A stretch of DNA of 63,812 nt, counting the filler, from Octopus bimaculoides (Eukaryota), in the NCBI RefSeq assembly GCF_001194135.2. It is 6 parts of 5 records of this genome, joined end to end, with 100 filler letters (N's around TTAATTAATTAA, not from the genome) between each part and the next. Parts side by side here need not be neighbours in the genome. Positions count along the whole stretch, not along the records: positions 61,128 to 63,812 come from NC_068985.1; 5 more parts are not named here. The stretch is one strand, 5' to 3'. The notes beneath the pieces are model-generated. The model was given only the letters and a program-made list of their open reading frames with translations. It made no database searches and was not told the DNA's origin. Positions within the stretch are counted from its first letter, which is position 1. Each line of letters begins with the position of its first letter. Positions 63,221 through 63,812 of the stretch are shown here, piece after piece. A program made the translations under genes and the position numbers.

Positions 63221-63812
63221 AAGAATAGTTTTCCTTTTAAACGTGTGAACAAACAAAAATATGACAATGTTTTACTTTCGTTTTTATGTCTATTTCATAT
63301 TTTCGTAAATATTCTTTGAAGTTTCCAAGCCAATCGACAACTTTTTCTGCATCTTCACAATCTCATTTTCTGCAACTGGTTGTTACCGACGTGTGTTATT
63401 ACCTCTTACTGTAGTTAAAGCTAACTGCATCAGTGTTGCCATTACCAACAGAATTCAGAATTCTAATGTGGACTTTATATATCACGTGTGTGGAGCTCTA
63501 GTATTTTATTCATTTTTGTAACTGCTATAAAACTGCTATAAGCTATCTGTATATTTATTTCAGTATTTTGCTGTGATGTAGATATTGCTTCCAGCATTAT
63601 GGGTATGTTTCTTATTTCTTTATTGCCCACAAGGGGCTAAGCATAGAGGGGAAAAAACATAGAGGGGGCATTATCAATATATTTCTGCGGGATTGTCCCT
63701 GGATTGATGTGTCCTTTACTAATGATTATTATCAAGATATCCTTTGAGTTGTGTAGTGTAGAATTTTGCGATCGTGCAAAATATGCATACATACATATAT
63801 GCATATATATAT

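Overview
AT-rich, repeat-dominated animal genomic DNA with many N gaps and microsatellites. The SINE, RTE, Dong/R4 and Penelope families look cephalopod (probably Octopus); that is my inference from family recognition, not a database hit. No complete host gene is recognisable. The best candidate is a + strand terminal exon at 20812 ending ...RKLWCC*. Most ORFs in the supplied track are microsatellite or N-gap artefacts. Supportable content: (1) three mariner elements, one full-length and decayed, one a foldback derivative carrying the 5' end at both termini, one 5' fragment; (2) a Penelope-like element (PLE) cluster at 8-16.3 kb with a Naiad-like RT relic, two GIY-YIG endonuclease fragments (one a stop-free 174-codon frame missing from the ORF track) and minimal type-I hammerhead ribozymes at 13660 (+) and 14167 (-), plus variant or decayed hammerhead motifs at 11985, 23575, 24598, 25275 and 7989; (3) a foldback/MITE-like family carrying TTAGGG telomere-type arrays about 300 nt inside its arms; (4) RTE, Dong/R4 and L1/Tx1 LINE fragments and at least three tRNA-derived SINE families. 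The hammerhead cluster and the telomere-repeat foldback family most deserve follow-up. Element boundaries are read by eye and are approximate unless a motif is quoted.
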